In this document: one piece after another, positions 19,944 through 20,000 of the stretch
How the letters are laid out: every line of letters begins with the position of its first letter
Numbering within the stretch: position 1 is the first letter of the stretch
Source: Vermamoeba vermiformis
Lineage: Eukaryota
Length of the DNA: 20,000 bases
Reading direction: 5' to 3'
Assembly (NCBI GenBank): GCA_045837725.1
Contig: JBEWZL010000073.1
Span: 172,481 to 192,480, forward strand
Program-made: the position numbers and the translations under genes
Notes under the pieces: model-generated
What the model was told of the DNA's origin: nothing
The model's database searches: none
Seen by the model: the letters and a program-made list of their open reading frames with translations, nothing else

Positions 19944-20000
19944 GCCTCGATAACTCAAAGTGGTGAGTGATTGGCCCGTTGCCTTTTGAACAACGGACCA

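Larger units (their letters stand above)
10005..20000 (-). mobile_element. Putative large cargo-carrying piggyBac-type DNA transposon (boundaries uncertain, probably continues beyond the right edge)
   Basis: Contains a piggyBac transposase plus co-oriented AlkB-like and TET/JBP-like genes, and CpG frequency rises from ~10000. TTAA followed by CC at 10005-10010 is a candidate end, but no matching inverted repeat was found in the window. Confidence 0.55.

Overview
This is AT-rich eukaryotic DNA, probably from a protist or basal fungus (lineage cannot be determined). It uses the standard code and has many 40-59 nt GT-AG introns, so the ORF track splits or mis-frames most genes; the gene models below were spliced by hand. 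Left part (1-~9300): a compact cluster of enzyme genes that looks like a biosynthetic cluster without a PKS/NRPS core in the window. It encodes a cytochrome P450 (partial), a CFA-synthase-like SAM methyltransferase, a GH3 acyl-amido synthetase, a small 4-TM protein, a PLP class-V enzyme (Egt2/IPN-epimerase/LCD type), a prokaryote-like UDP-glucuronate decarboxylase (1-nt frameshift), a DUF6875-like protein and a degraded GT-C glycosyltransferase. Right part (~10000-20000): a CpG-richer block interpreted as a large cargo-carrying piggyBac-type element. It has a 14-exon gene fusing a USP (C19) deubiquitinase, a chromodomain-like module and a piggyBac DDD transposase with Cys-rich tail. It also has an AlkB-family dioxygenase with a possible SRA-like domain, a TET/JBP-family dioxygenase, and a hairpin-rich ~340-nt segment just downstream of the transposase. 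The combination suggests a transposon carrying its own epigenetic counter-silencing kit. Element ends are not proven within the window.
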